From NCBI GenBank assembly GCA_964016885.1, contig OZ024742.1:214582001-214646000 (forward strand): a DNA stretch of 64,000 nucleotides, written 5' to 3'. Source of the stretch: Eledone cirrhosa. Taxonomy: Eukaryota. Made by a program: the position numbers and the translations under genes. Positions 1 to 14,123 of the stretch are shown here, piece after piece. Within the stretch, counting starts at the first letter, position 1, and each line of letters starts with the position of its first letter. The notes beneath the pieces are model-generated. The model was not told where the DNA came from. It did not search any database and saw nothing but the letters and a program-made list of their open reading frames with translations.

Positions 1-213
1 TCAGTGGTGCTATTATATTTCCTCCTGTTGTATTGTATATCGACGTCATCTTTATTTTATCTGTATATTTATTTAGGTTTGTTGGTTCACCACTGGATAG
101 AACAGGTCATTCCGTATGGTCAACCTCGATGTAATATTATGGAGATCACTCAACGTAATGCAATTCACCCGTCTTCGTTTGGGTAGTTGGTGGTGCAAGT
201 ACGGAGTTAGTTG

Positions 214-1135
214 TTATAAAATAACAGGAGGCTGGACTTGTGTAAATCCTTGAAATGTTTATTATACTATTATCATTTCAATGACCGTGTTCAGTATGAA
301 TCTGGTGACATCATCAGGCATTTAAAATATAACAAAGGAATATAAAAGACAAATTCCATGGGGCTGAAAATCAGAGATATGTGAGTGTGCTCGGAAAAAT
401 TAATTTCCATTTCTTTCGCTAGACGATAATATTCGGAACGGTTGACACGTTAGGGCAGGGATGGCCGAGGGTCCGCAGTCGTCGCTGGTTATTGACCGCT
501 ATATTGACTCTATATTCTACCCTGAAACTTTATCGTGACTATCTATAATTCTATAATACACTTAAACTTTTTCATAAAAGCCTCCCTCTGTAAATTCTTT
601 AACTAAATCTCACAACCTTAAACCTTAAACCTTATTCTTCTAATTTCATCGTCTAACTCTAAACATAAGTTTAACGTTTCTAATTGTTAATCTAAATTTC
701 TGTCCATACATTATACTATACAGATGCCCCCTATATATGTCTTTGTTGAAGATATTTGTTCTTTGAAAACACATTTTCGCGGTACTTTCTCGCACGCATG
801 ATTAGCTTGATTGTGGCATGACCTCAACATTGGGATATTTCTTTGACAGGGACGTAGTAGCACACTATAATCCTGCACCCCTTCACCAGATGATCATAAG
901 TAGACTTAATAATCGACACTTGAGGGCGGCCGACCGAGGTAGAAGCTGCTAAATATTCGGTACCCCTCATGTCTCTGATTTTTTGCCCCATGGATTTTGA
1001 CTCTTATATTCCTTTGTTATATTTTAAATACCTGATGATGTCACCGTATTCATACTGAACCCGGTCATTGAAATGATCATAGTGTAATAAACCTTTTAAG
1101 GAATTACACCAGTCCAACCTCCTGTTATTTTATAA
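214..1135. mobile_element. Non-coding foldback element; inverted arms 214-381 / 968-1135, each with an HHR-like motif (PLE-derived)
   Basis: The ~170-bp arms are diverged reverse complements. The right arm ends at (TA)n. Confidence 0.75.
1028..1085 (+). ncRNA. Type I hammerhead-like motif (antisense twin at 264-321)
   Basis: AUAC-CUGAUGA-[imperfect stem II]-GAAA-UGAUCA-UA-GUGU. Stem III is palindromic, stem I has 4 bp, and AAUAAA follows. The base of stem II is mismatched. Confidence 0.55.
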
Positions 1136-1169
1136 TATATATTATATATATATATATATATATTATATA

Positions 1170-1221
<52 letters not shown>

Positions 1222-1292
1222 ATATATATTAATTATATATATATATATTATATATATATATATATATATTAATTATATATATATATATATAT

Positions 1293-1324
<32 letters not shown>

Positions 1325-1378
1325 ATATATATTATATATATATATATATATTATATATATATATATTATATATATATA

Positions 1379-1475
<97 letters not shown>

Positions 1476-1479
1476 ATAT
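1136..1479. repeat. (TA)n microsatellite, one of more than 30 such tracts
   Basis: Read directly from the sequence. Confidence 0.98.
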
Positions 1480-1533
1480 CGTTTCTGAATTACTTTGGCA
1501 AGATTCTTTATCTGAAAACGTGTGTTGAAACCA

Positions 1534-2088
1534 ATATTGTTATACTTTGGAAGGATCATGTTGCCAATAAGAAACACACATACCAGTTGCTTTCACTCCA
1601 ATTTATTATAAATAAAAAAAATAAAACATTTATAAATTTCCGGCTGGTAGGTTGGTTCCACAACCGGACGTTTCTTCATATATTGTCAAAGTTCTTTCGT
1701 CACACATTCTGTGACCTCTTCAGTGACTTGGGATTCTTTTCTTTGTTTAGGTGCCTCTCCTTTGTTCTGTCCTACGCCATTTTGTTTTTGTGTGTCAACA
1801 AAAACATGATGGTGTAACATAGAACAAAGGAGAGCACAAAACAAAGAAAGAAATCCCCAGTCATTGAAGAGGCCACAGACTGTGTGACGAAAGAATATTG
1901 ACAATATATGAACAACCGTCTGTTTGTGGAACGAACCAATCAACCGGAAATTTCTAAATTTTTTTGAAGAAATAAACATTTTTTTATTTTTTATTTTTTT
2001 ATATTTTTTAATTTATAATAAATTGCAGTGAAACGACTGGTGCGTGTGTTTCTTATTGGCAACATGACCCTCCCAAAGTATAACAATA
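1534..2088. mobile_element. Foldback element; arms 1534-1768 / 1821-2088 with an HHR in each arm
   Basis: Reverse-complementary arms around a ~50-bp spacer, lying between (TA)n tracts. Confidence 0.8.
1685..1727 (-). ncRNA. Minimal type I hammerhead ribozyme (degenerate twin at 1860-1902, +)
   Basis: GUCA-CUGAAGA-G-GUCACA(GAAUG)UGUGAC-GAAA-GAAC-UU-UGAC. Stems I and II pair; stem III is 2 bp. Confidence 0.75.
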
Positions 2089-2103
2089 TGTATATATGCA
2101 TAC

Positions 2104-2168
<65 letters not shown>

Positions 2169-2404
2169 AGTATGTATATATATATATATATATATAAGTA
2201 TGTATACGTACATACATATATGTATATAGACGTAAAGTAGTATGTATATATGTATACATACATGCACACATATATATATATATGTACGTATGGCTTCACC
2301 GTACATTTATTATAATGCTCGGTGTGTTTGTAAACAAACATCCCGTATTAAGCCGTAGTGTCTAGCAACCATCGTTGGTCGTTTGTTCAACACTTACAAA
2401 GGAA

Positions 2405-2445
2405 CGCTGTACTAGTTTCAAGCTTATTAGCTATCGTCAGCAGCG
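2405..2445 (-). ncRNA. Minimal type I hammerhead ribozyme (twin)
   Basis: CGCUG-CUGACGA-UAGCU(AAUA)AGCUU-GAAA-CUAG-UA-CAGCG, with a U-U mismatch at the base of stem II. Confidence 0.8.
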
Positions 2446-2529
2446 ATATGCAAATTAGGCTGCTCAGCCGTTAATATGCATAAGGAAAGTATATACTTTC
2501 AGACGTTCAATCATCTGGCAGGAAGGTAT

Positions 2530-2572
2530 ACGTTGCTGACGATAGCTAATAAGCTGGAAACTAGTACAGCGT
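2530..2572 (+). ncRNA. Minimal type I hammerhead ribozyme
   Basis: ACGUUG-CUGACGA-UAGCU(AAUA)AGCUG-GAAA-CUAG-UA-CAGCGU. Stem I has 6 bp, stem II has 5 bp, stem III is the palindrome ACUAGU, and the cleavage triplet is GUA. Confidence 0.88.
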
Positions 2573-2833
2573 TCATTTGTCAGTGTTGAACAAACGACCA
2601 ACGATGGTTGCTAGACACTACGGCTTAATACGGGATGTTTTTTTTACAAACACACCGAGCATTATAATAAATGTTCGGTGAAGCCATACGTACATATACA
2701 TATGTGTGCATGTATGTATATATATATACATAATACTGTACGTCTCTATACATATATGTATGAACGTATACATACTTATATTTAAGTAACAGCCGTACTA
2801 AGAGTGGGAAATGAAATTTCGTTTCATTTTTCC

Positions 2834-2871
<38 letters not shown>

Positions 2872-3405
2872 AAAGTACCAGAAGAGCTTACATTTGTCAT
2901 TAAAGAACCGCATTTGGTTTAAAGACCCACATTTGGGTCTCACACTTTTGACCATTTTATCGGGTAATGGCAATGTTCGAAAACGAGTTGCAGCCATCAT
3001 ATATATGTATAAATATATATGTATGTATGTGTATGAATGTATGTACGTGTTTTTGTATGTCCATATACATAGTTATACTTAATTACGTAATAAATACTTG
3101 ATGTTGGTAGAGTACACCATCGGAGGGATAAGCTGCGTTATACAGTTATATATCACATCAACAAAGCATACGTACAGGTACAATTTTTTAACTGATAATG
3201 TCAGTTTCACTTAGTCGTATCCTCAGTCCGACCTTCTTGGAATGGATGGCCATTTCTCCATAATCGACATATTCTAAAGAAAGTGTGGATAATTAGGGAT
3301 TAGCAATGTATTGGAGATACTGTAAAGGGGGTAACCCATTTTGATCTGTTTCTTCTGCGTAAAATGGCAATTAAAATGAGCTAATTTAAGTGATTTGTAG
3401 TGGAC

Positions 3406-4205
3406 GAAAACTTAGAGCTTGGTTTCACTCTCACAAAGCGAAAGTGTAGACGCCATGCAGCTAAGAAAATCACCGATGCTGACAATGCGGATGATTTCGC
3501 GGTCCTCGCTGACTACCTTTAGGATGCAACATCACTACTTCACAGCATCGAATCAGTTGCAAAGGAAACCGGGCTCTATGTCAACGCAGGCAAAACAGAA
3601 TATATTTGCCTGAACCAAGACTCCTCAGTTGGTATGCGAAGTCTAAACGGCGATATAATCAAGCAAGTTGACGACTTCAAATTCCTGGGTAGCTATATCG
3701 CCTCCACAGAACATGATGTTAACATCGGACTGAGAAAAGCCTGGGGAGCATTGAATGCAATGGAAAAGATATGTAAATCAAACCTGCCAGCCAAACTGGC
3801 TTGTTTATGGCTCTATCACTTGGACGCTAACGTCGAAACTGGAGAAAAAGCTAGACGGGACATACACACGTATGCTCCGTGCTGCATTAAACGTGTCTTG
3901 GAGGGAACACCCAACAAATAAGGATCTCTATGGCAATATACCACCTATCGGGAGGTCAATACGTGGACAGTGACTCAGATTTGCTGGCCACTTTTGGCGC
4001 AGCAAGGAAGAAATAGTAGGTGATGTGTTGTTATGGAGTCATCTCATGGAGCAAGAAACGCTGGTCGTCCCAAGAAGACATACGTCAAGCAACTTGAGGA
4101 CGATACTGGATGCACTGCGGAAGAACTGGCAAACGCTATGAGAGACAGAGATGGATGGAGGAAACGTGTCGTAGAAATCCGAGCAAGCTCGACCTGATGG
4201 TGGTG
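3406..4205 (+). mobile_element. 5'-truncated, frameshifted RTE-clade LINE (RT C-terminal half)
   Basis: NADD, GLYVNAGKTE, VDDFKFLGS and TWTLTSKLEKKLDGTYTRMLR..SWREHPTN, followed by a short TGA/TGG tail. Confidence 0.8.
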
Positions 4206-6254
4206 TAGTGAGTAGAAATGGTCAAATTCGACAAAAAATTCACATAAAAATGACGAGGTGAATATAGGGTTAGATCTAGGGAAAGGGGAAGGATTGGTTT
4301 ACCTTACGTGGCGTACTGGTTGTTAACAAAGGCCTTTTTAAAAATGATGAATTTATAGAAGGTGACTGTTCCTGAATAGAAGTGAAGTATATTAGTATGT
4401 GTTGTCTGTAGTTTTTGTAAATATTAGTCCGCATGTGTAGAGGACATAATATAGCTAAAAATAGCCTACTAGATATTAACTTCTCATACGATAGATCTTG
4501 CATATATTAGACAAGGAGTTTAAAAAAAAACTTTTGTTAACTTTACAATATTTCAACTTACACGATGGAGGAATGGAATGAAATAAACCAGGTTCGAAGC
4601 TGAATTTGAATATGATAACTGTCTAACATAAACTATAATAATACATGTCAGACATTTTATGAATCCTCCCAAGCCAATTTTTGTAATATGTATAATAGTG
4701 TTATTTAACTTCTCTAGCTCGAAACTGTATTTATTTATCATATCTCTCATTATTTTCGTTGTAGACAACCTTGTTATTTCGATTTCTAAGACAGGCAAAC
4801 GGCGTTTCATTTTATATTAGTAATACAGTCAAACGAAGAAAGTCCTGTACTTCCTTGATAATTCATTTTATCGTTGGAAGAAGAATGAAATGTAAAAGTT
4901 AACCGATTGGGATTTAAGTCAATTTTTATATAATCATTACTATATAATCATAACTATATAGTGAAACGAATTTTGTTCGCAGCTCTATCGATTCCGGCAA
5001 TCCACCAGCCTAACATTATATTAAATTCTAACATAGTCATATGGTTTAAGTTTTAGGCAGGGATATGTTAGATTATAATTACTCCTGTTTATGGTTGGTA
5101 CCGTATTTTATCATCCCAAGATTAATGATAGACAAATTTGCCTGCAGTGGTATTTAAACTCAACCACATTTATATATTTATTGGTTATTATTTTTCTGTA
5201 TTTATCAGATTTTTCTGTATTTATCAAATATTTCCATTAGAAAAGGAAATTGGTATAAATATCCGGTAAACTCATCCTCTCTTTTCTATTCTCAATTTCC
5301 TTTTCTATTGGAAATATTTTCTTGTTTGTAGCACATTATAAATCTTCAATCTCATAACTTTTCACAGTCTTACTTTACTAGTAGGTAAAATAATATGTCA
5401 CAGCACATAGAAACTCGAGAGTGTAATAATTTTAGAATAATGTATACCTATGTTTTGGAAATAAATATATTCTTCTTATTTTTTGTAAGTATCTAAAATT
5501 AAATAACTTTGATTCATTGCGTTTCTTTAGATTACCCTGTCCTAATTAACACGCACATTGTGTATGTAGGTTGTATATATTTGTTTTATAATTTATAATT
5601 TAGGTCAATTGTCTTAGAAAAAATGTATCTAGATATATTTTTTTAAACGAATGTTTTGTTTTTCAAAGTAGAATGTCAGTTGAAGTTTCTAAATGTATAA
5701 CATTGTTGCTGACATAACACATGGCAAACCGTATCAACATATTAATATATGTAATGAAATTGGGCTTAATATGCATGTGGAAAAGTGTTGGATTTGTATT
5801 GATGATGGCAATGATAATGGTGATGTCCACAAAAATATGATGAAGCATATCATACTAAGGTTTTATGAAAACGATGACAACTACTAACAAAATGTTGAAA
5901 ATATGAGCTTTAGCTGTAGCGTATATAACATTGGGCTGTTAATTTCTAAAAGGTAAAAATATAGTCGACGTTTATCTTAACACCATTTCTTTTCTACAGC
6001 CGCTCGTCTAGCTAAGCAACTAGAAATATAACACGCTTTGTTCTCGTCACGGGATGAGACACTATTCTTGCTGCTCAATTGATATTCTAGAAATAGCAAC
6101 CAAATCTCCCTTAAATAACATACTACTATCTTAGATCAGGAAGCGTGTATTGAAGGATGCAAACGTAGATACATTGCCTGGCATTCGGAAGAGCAGAATT
6201 AATTTTCACCTGGTGAAATAAAATCACCACAGTAACAAAATTGATTATTCACTT

Positions 6255-6965
6255 TGGTGGGAGTACTCTAGAGGGACTCGGCGACTGATGTGCAGTGCTG
6301 AAAAAAAGCGATAACAACAGCCGAGATACGGGAAGCCCTGTTCGAATGTACGTGGCGAAAACCGCCGGGTTTAGATGGTCTACCCTATGAGGTTTAAGAA
6401 GGTATTCCAGAATCTCCTGGAAGCCCTCTACTGCAACTGGCAGCAGAACGGGAGAGTTTCCCATTCTGTGAGTCGGGTCGTAGTAATGCTGAAGATAAGA
6501 TCAAGACGGATGGCATCGATAATTTGACGCCCATAATTCTGCTAAACACAGAGTTTAATATATTGGCTAAGGCGCTAGAAACCAAGCTGGTGCTTGTCGT
6601 TGAGGGAATGGTAGAATAGTTGCACACGTATTCAATCTCGACCATGATCATGCAAGACAACCTCCACCTCATGCGATATATCACAGTGAGCATATAACCC
6701 CGGCTTCGCTGGGGCTCTCATTAATTTGGATCAATTGGAATCTTTTGATTGGGTTGATCATTGTTACCTACATGCTGTCTTCAAGACAGTTAACTTCGGA
6801 AGTCTTCAGATACTAGATCGCTACAATGCAAAGCAGTATGGCAGGTGGTCATTGTCAACGGCCACCTATCGGAATAGTCAAGGATATCTTTCCTCTTCCC
6901 TTTTGAACGTGTTGACTTTCGAATCATTAATGCAGAGAGTTTGAACTGTTACAGGCCATCCCAAG
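6255..6965 (+). mobile_element. Decayed Tx1/L1-like LINE RT fragment
   Basis: KTAGLDGLPYE, PIILLNTEFNILAKAL, QDNLHLMR and LINLDQ..FDWVDH. Similar to 62495-62860. Confidence 0.75.
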
Positions 6966-7269
6966 CAGACTGTTGGAAGGAAGCTTATAATATCAGTCGG
7001 AATGCGTCATTGCTGTGTAGTTGTTTATTATGGCGATACCTATCTGTCTGTTAAAACACAGTCTCTCTTTTATTGTATTTCTCTCTCAAAATTTCGTACG
7101 GAAAAATAGTTTCGGTTAACGAACATTTAAGTGACGAATGGATTCCAGGAAAGAATGAAGTTCCACTGTATACATACATACATACATGCATATATAATAT
7201 ATATGTATATACATACATACATATATATATATGTAGGAATGCGCACGTACGTCTATGTGTGTTTATCAA

Positions 7270-7575
7270 TGAAATTCCTTGGTTTGGTACAACTTAGTAG
7301 AAGTTGTTCGACTGCAACTTGTTTATAGAAATGTTAAAGAAATCGATATTATATAGCTGGCCTACATCACGTGGAATGTGACACATAACTTGGTGCCACG
7401 AACAAATTATTCAATAAAATAGAACCAGCATTATTTGACAGGGAAACTAGAGAATTGAAGTGGTCCATTGTGAGTCAATCTTAAGACGGCATTGACTTAT
7501 TTATTACAAGGAAGCAGTAAAGCGAATGCATTAGCACAACCTCGGAACGATACTGCCAAAGAAAATATTTTACAA
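7270..7575 (+). pseudogene. Possible Mutator-like transposase C-terminal remnant
   Basis: WNVTHNLVPRTNYSI resembles the MULE WN..PRTNNSxE motif. Heavily decayed. Confidence 0.3.
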
Positions 7576-7682
7576 ATGCTTGCTTGAACATTATATATGT
7601 ACGTACATGTATATATATATATACACACACACACATATATATATATGTGTATGTGTGCGCGCGCGTATGTGTATATGTTGTA

Positions 7683-7779
<97 letters not shown>

Positions 7780-8299
7780 GACGTAAAATAAGAAAATTAT
7801 AAAAATTAACTTATTAAAATTTCACTCCAACTAATTAGTTTCTGAAAGGGAATAAACATGGTTTCCAAATGGAAAGCATGGAGAAGCCGTTTCGTCATCA
7901 AGAAGTCTGTTCTCAGCTAAGTTACCAGGCGATGCGTGGACACAGGGAACTTATACAAAAATAATTCAGTGGATGGGAAAAAGCAAGCGTGGACTAAATT
8001 CCAAGACATTGAAAAAATCACTGCCTACTTGGTCGGTGGCAAATTCAAAAGAATCAATCACGTGACATCGAGGTTAAACAGTGAGGAGTGGGGTGTTAAA
8101 AAGATAGTAGCCCAACCATTACTATGAACTATAGTAGCAGTTTTGGCAACTTGTTGCTCAACAAAATAATTTGGAAGTAATTATAAAGAATTAGTATATC
8201 TACCAACATATTTATACAGATGTATACTTACGCTAGCAAGATAGAGGTATTGTCTTAGTAACTTTGTGGTTCAATACAAAATGTTGGTAGATATAACTA

Positions 8300-8386
<87 letters not shown>

Positions 8387-8389
<3 letters not shown>

Positions 8390-10620
8390 AGCACCCAGGA
8401 AGTAATCTCATGGTTCAGGAATATGGTAGACAAACGAGACACAAAATTCATCCAGTTTGACATAGAGTGTTACTATGCATCTATTACCTTACGCTCCTTA
8501 CGGCCGCGTTGGACTTTGCCGAAACAGTCACACCCATCACTGACCAGGAAAAAAATATCATTCTCTACGCCAGGAAGTCAGTCCTACTTTTTGATAAGTC
8601 CAAGTGGATAAAGAGAGCTCCCGACACCCCCTTCGACGTCAGTATGGGCGCGACAGATTAGGCCGAGGTAACAGATCTTATAGGATTATTCCTACTATTT
8701 AAACTCACCGAAATGTTTCCTGCATTCGGCGGTGGATTGTACCGGGATGATGGGCTCCTCACCCTCAAAGGGTACAACCCCAGTAGTACAGACCGGGTCC
8801 GTAAACAACTAATCAAATTCTTCCGGCACTGGGGATTTAAAATCACCCTACAAACGTCCCTAACCCGAGTCAATTTTATGGACGCTACCCTTAACCTCGA
8901 AAATGATCTCTACTACCCATACAGGAAACCAAACGACAACCTGCACTACATCCACCGCCGCTCTAACCACCCTAGAAAAATCACCAATAAACTGGTTAAA
9001 AACATCTCCCTCCGCATATTTCGTTTGTCCGCTAATGAGTAGATATTCGACGAATACGCGCCTCATTACAACCAGGCCCTCAAGCAGAGTGGCTTCCAGG
9101 AGGAAATATTCTTTTATCCAGCTTCCCTTAGCGGAACCAGTAGGCGACACCGCCGCTCACGCAACGTAACGTGGTTCAATCCTCCCCATAATGCCGAGAT
9201 GGCAACACCTATCGGGAAGATCTTCTTTAGACTCCTCGAAAATCACTTCCCACTACAACACCGCTACCACAACATAATCAACAAAAACACCATCAAACTC
9301 TCCTACAGCATCACACCTAACTTCGCACAAAACATCGTCTCCTCAAACAACAATAACTCAACCCCTATGGAAGAAATAACCTAGACATCAGTGGAGAGCC
9401 GATCAGGAGGTGTAACTGCCCTGATAGATCTACGTGCCCCCTCAACAACAAATGCCGAGAACGTAACGTGATCTACCAGTGCAACGTGAGGACGGACACC
9501 TCCAACAAAGCTTATAGAGGATTAACCGCGTGTGACTTCAATACCCGGCTCTACCAACACTGACATACTTTCCGAAACCCGGTCCGGCGACATGCCACTA
9601 CAATTTCGGGCCACATCTGGGACCTCCAAGGTAATAATATAACCTACAATCTGACTTGGAGCTTACTGTCCAGAGCTAACTCTTACACGGGAGGACGCCG
9701 TCAGTGTAACTTATGCTCGGAGGTAACATTACAAATGCGGTTTTCGAAGGACCAACTCCTAAACAAGAAAGAAGAACTGGTAACCGCATGCAAAGACAGA
9801 TTGCGTAGGACTTACCTCACCCTCAAACTCCATAACGACTCGGGTGGGTAGACAAGGGCTGATACACCTCACTTACCGAATAAGTTAGGGGAAACCCCAG
9901 CCTACTTAGGTAGATGTATCTCTTTTCTTTTCTTTTCCTCTTTGTCTTCTCCCTTCTGTCTCATCCTATCACTTCCTTCCACCCTCTATTTTCTTCCTCG
10001 TCTGCTTTTCCCCTTTCACCTACCTCGATGCAGCCCATCGGGCTTCTGTAGCATCAGTTCCCCCACCCCTGTAATTTTAAGATAGAATTGGTCGAATACG
10101 TTTTACTAACTACTGATAACAGACGTGTTAAACCCCTTTAATTTTGTATCAGTTCTGGTACTCAATTTCTACAAGTTTTTTCTATTCTCAACTTATTAAC
10201 CTGTAATTGTAAGATAGCATTGTGATTTTTTTTATTCATTTTTCACTATATATATATATTTTTTTTCTATTATCTTTTATTGTCTCCTACTCTCATTCGA
10301 TTTACCTATTCTATAACCTCCCTCCTCCACTTCATACACTATCCTTAGAATCTGCTGTATACATATCACTTTTAACGCTTGACCGCACCACTCACACACC
10401 TGTTGTTCTACAGGCAAGTTCAGCCACCCCTACCTCCCACCAAATGCCATGATAGACTTATTTGTGTTTACAACACATTTTAACCAATCCTCTTGACTAC
10501 GATCTTCCCATATAAGGAAGTACCCCCTTGACAAGTTCGGCTATTTATTCACCAGGCTAAACATTCTAATTTAGTCCAGAAATAGCCGTGGAACGGCTTC
10601 AGCTCCGCCACCGGGGTCAT
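8387..10620 (+). mobile_element. 5'-truncated Naiad-like PLE, decayed (RT + GIY-YIG + 3' UTR)
   Basis: FIQFDI, FDVSMGATD, GGLYRDD, VNFMDATL, WFNPP, CNCPDRSTCPL, VIYQC and CNLC..LLNKKEEL..C. Contains stops and frameshifts. (TA)n on both sides. Confidence 0.9.
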
Positions 10621-10640
10621 AGTTTTTTATGTATATATAT

Positions 10641-10685
<45 letters not shown>

Positions 10686-10730
10686 GAAAATAAAACAAAG
10701 AAGCCTTCACTACATCAAAAGTCTTTATTA

Positions 10731-10768
10731 GCCAACAATGTTTCGTCCTAATAAGGACTCATCAGGGC
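10731..10768 (-). ncRNA. Minimal type I hammerhead ribozyme (the 3' copy at 13773-13810 has a C3A change)
   Basis: GCC-CUGAUGA-GUCCU(UAUU)AGGAC-GAAA-CAUUG-UU-GGC, followed by UAAUAAA. Confidence 0.85.
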
Positions 10769-11348
10769 AATTAAAACTACAAGAAGCACTATCGGCCAAT
10801 ACAAGCCGAAAACTCCGGTTACTCTGGTAAAATACATTATAATAATAGTAAATTTAGAAAGTCTCCGCTTACTTATAATAATAATAACATAATATCCCAT
10901 AATATGGCCATGAATGGGAGTAGGAAGCATAATAATCGTAGAAATTACATAGGTGTATCTGAACCCATCCATAAGTTAACCCACCGGACTCGTAATAGGG
11001 AATCTAATACCTCTAGGAATCAAGTCGAACCCTCTGAGCGCATACTCATTGGTGATGCTTTTGCTAGATCTAATTCTAATAATGTTGTTTCTACTGATCC
11101 TATTATTGGCCCTAATCCTTTTGATGGGATTCCAGACAGCAGCAGATATACTAAAGGTAGAAACAGAAAGAGACTTAATGGAATTTTAGCTGATTCTAAT
11201 AATGTTGTTTTAACTAATCCTTGTAGTAACCCTAGTCTTAATAATGGGATATTGGATAATGGTAGAGTCGGAAAGGATAACAATAGAAGGAGACTAAATA
11301 CTTATTTTAACCCGCCATATAATCAGGAGAGTATTAACTAATATCCCT

Positions 11349-12080
11349 ATGTCTTTCTTTTCTATCTTAGAGAAAAATGTCCCCCCTTCTCATAAATACC
11401 ATAGTATTTTTAATAAAAATGTAATTAAACTTTCATTCTCTACCACCCCTAATATTAGTTCTCATTTAGCTAGCACTAACAATAGAAAAATTAGGGATGG
11501 ATACTCCTCTCTACATACTACTAGTCAGAACAGATCTGCAAATGCCTTACCACCAGAGCAGAACTTATCTAATACTAATCCTACGCGTAATGCATCACTA
11601 CTTCAGCCAATCAATAGCACCCGGAAGTGTAACTGTAGAGTGAGTGCTAACTGCCCTTTAAACGGTAACTGCCTCTCTAAGAACATCGTTTATGCTTGCG
11701 TAGTTATAACTAATTCCTCTAATAGAACATATATAGGCTCTACATCTAACACTTTTAAGACTAGTTTTAATTCTCATATCTCTAATTTCAAACATGTTAA
11801 GTTTAAGAACTCTATTTCTTTAGCACACTATATCTGGGATCTTAAGGGGGCTAATATACCATATAGCCTTAATTGGCGTTTAGTAGTACGCTCTAATAAC
11901 CTTTCTACATATACTAAATTTTGTAATCTCTGTATCCTTGAGACACACTCTATAATTTTCTCTAGTGAATCCTTACTTAATAGAAAGTCTGAGATATTCT
12001 CTTCTTGCCCCCACGCTATTTCTAATTCTTACTTTTATTATAAACCTAAAGGTTCTAGTAGTGTAAATTGTATACATTAG
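11349..12080 (+). pseudogene. PLE GIY-YIG endonuclease domain (fragment of a larger ORF)
   Basis: IVY..YIG motif and conserved Cys motifs, as in the 48468 ORF. Confidence 0.85.
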
Positions 12081-13991
12081 CTGATATATTCCATTACTTA
12101 TTTTTTAGTTTAGGTTCATTTTGTTTACTACCATTATTATCATCATTATTATCATTGGTTTTTGACAACTTTTTATTCTAGCTCTCATAATCTTTTTGCT
12201 ACTATACCATATCTATCTTCTTACACATTAAATTTTCACTATTAACACATTATGAGTATATATCTGATTATATATTTTATATTATTTTATTTCATTTTAT
12301 TTTATTTTATTTGGATTCTTCTTTGGATAACTAAACCCCCTCCCTCCCAAATGCACACATAAACTTATTGCTAACCCCTTCAAATATATTATGATCATAT
12401 TTAATCCCCTTTTTTATGCTCCTTTCTATTATATAATACAGTATATTGATTATGATTTTATGCTCCTTTGTATCTTCATACATTTCTTTTTTTCTGTCCA
12501 CATTAGCCTACCATAATTCTGCTTAAAGTCAGTTTATTAGATAACGTTATGTAAATGATAGTAGAATATTTCATTCCTTTCTATATATATTTATAGTTGA
12601 TATCTTAATGTTTAGGGATTTTGATTACTTAAACCATAGCTAATATTGTATTGCCTTATTAAGTATTTTAAATATTTTCAATATTAATTTATCAAATAGG
12701 GTTTTCTAGTCATTTATCCGGGTTGTTTCCTAAGTTTTTACTTAACTGCATGTGAGACCTAAGTAAATACTTTTGTTTTTGGTTTTTTGATTTCCGGTCG
12801 ATTTTATTTATTTATTTATTAATACTACTGTGCATAATATTTTCTGTCTGGCCCTTATTCACTCATTCACATATGTGTCTGTTTGTCAACCTTGTAATTA
12901 TAAGTAATTATATATTATATTATGTTCATTCTTTTATATTGAAGTTGTTATTCAACTCTTTGTAAATGTAATATTGATCTTTGTTACTTACCGATGATTT
13001 TATGTACCATTATGACATGTTAAATTTTATATATTCTGTAAGATGTTTATATTTTTGTACCATCATAATTTTGATTTTGGTATTGTACAATATATATTTT
13101 TTCCCACCTGCTCTGTAACTCTATATGAATTGATTTGTTAACTTACTTGCCATTATATATTATTATATTATTATTATAGTGTTATTGTGACATCTATATT
13201 GTTTGTGCAAATTAACCGGAGATTATCTATTATATTATATTATATATTATATAATTATATAGTTTATTATATATTATATGTTTTACTTTTAATCATTTCA
13301 TTACTTCATGTTATACTGTATATTATATATACGTATTATTTTGTATTTTTATTTTTATTCCTATTATGCTTATTTATATTTAAACTCTTAATAAGGTTTA
13401 ATTTGTGCTGTTAATGATGGAAATGTATATTGATGTATATGTATATGTGCGTACGTGTGTGTATATATATACATATGTATATTGTGCCTTTTAATTATAA
13501 TTTTAATTAATATTGTTACAAGTATATTATATTATATTATATTGTATTACATATAGTACTATAATTCCCGCTCTATATAACCACCTTTGTTTAGCTCTAG
13601 TTTTTTGCTTTGGACTATATTTATAATATGGTTCAAAATGTTATCCACCTCATTAGTGATTTTTATTATATATTTTTAGCCATAATCTTCCAATACTTTA
13701 GTGTATGTACACTCCATATTCTTCGGAGTTTTCGGCTTGTATTGGCCGATAGTGCTTCTTGTAGTTTTAATTGCCATGATGAGTCCTTAATAGGACGAAA
13801 CATTGTTGGCTAATAAAGACTTTTGATGTATTGAAGGCTTCTTTGTTTTATTTTCATAATTCTTTGGCTCTGTTTAATTACATTGAGCTATACCTTTTAC
13901 TGTCATTTCTATAATACGAAGAGGGTGTTTAACTCCAACACGCTCCAGTGTTTTAATCCTTATATATATATATATATATTATATATATATA

Positions 13992-14114
<123 letters not shown>

Positions 14115-14123
14115 TGTGTGTGT

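Larger units (their letters stand above)
2192..2782. mobile_element. Foldback element; arms ~2192-2445 / 2531-2782 with an HHR at the inner end of each arm
   Basis: ~250-bp inverted arms and an 85-bp spacer, between (TA)n tracts. Confidence 0.85.
10681..13960 (+). mobile_element. 5'-truncated Naiad-like PLE with an inverted pLTR piece (10681-10817 vs 13724-13860) and a ~1.9-kb 3' UTR
   Basis: ORFs 10904-11341 and 11349-12080 carry YFNPPYN, CNCRVSANCPL, IVYAC..TYIGST and CNLC..E..LLNRKSE..CPH. A 137-bp terminal inverted repeat and (TA)n flanks are present. Confidence 0.9.

Noticed and set aside
1991-2341. Many ORFs rich in YI, CV, HT, SL or poly-K/R/S (also at 7580, 14636, 32117, 44104, 47408 and others)
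   Set aside because: They are translations of microsatellites.
4210-6250. Possible host exons (also 35000-37450 and 60150-62450)
   Set aside because: No recognisable protein motif or convincing spliced ORF was found. Small exons cannot be excluded without RNA-seq.
9555-9570. In-frame TGA in a Naiad-like endonuclease (some Naiads are reported to be selenoproteins)
   Set aside because: It does not align to a conserved Cys and is likely CGA>TGA decay in a copy that has other stops. The intact 48468 ORF has no in-frame TGA.
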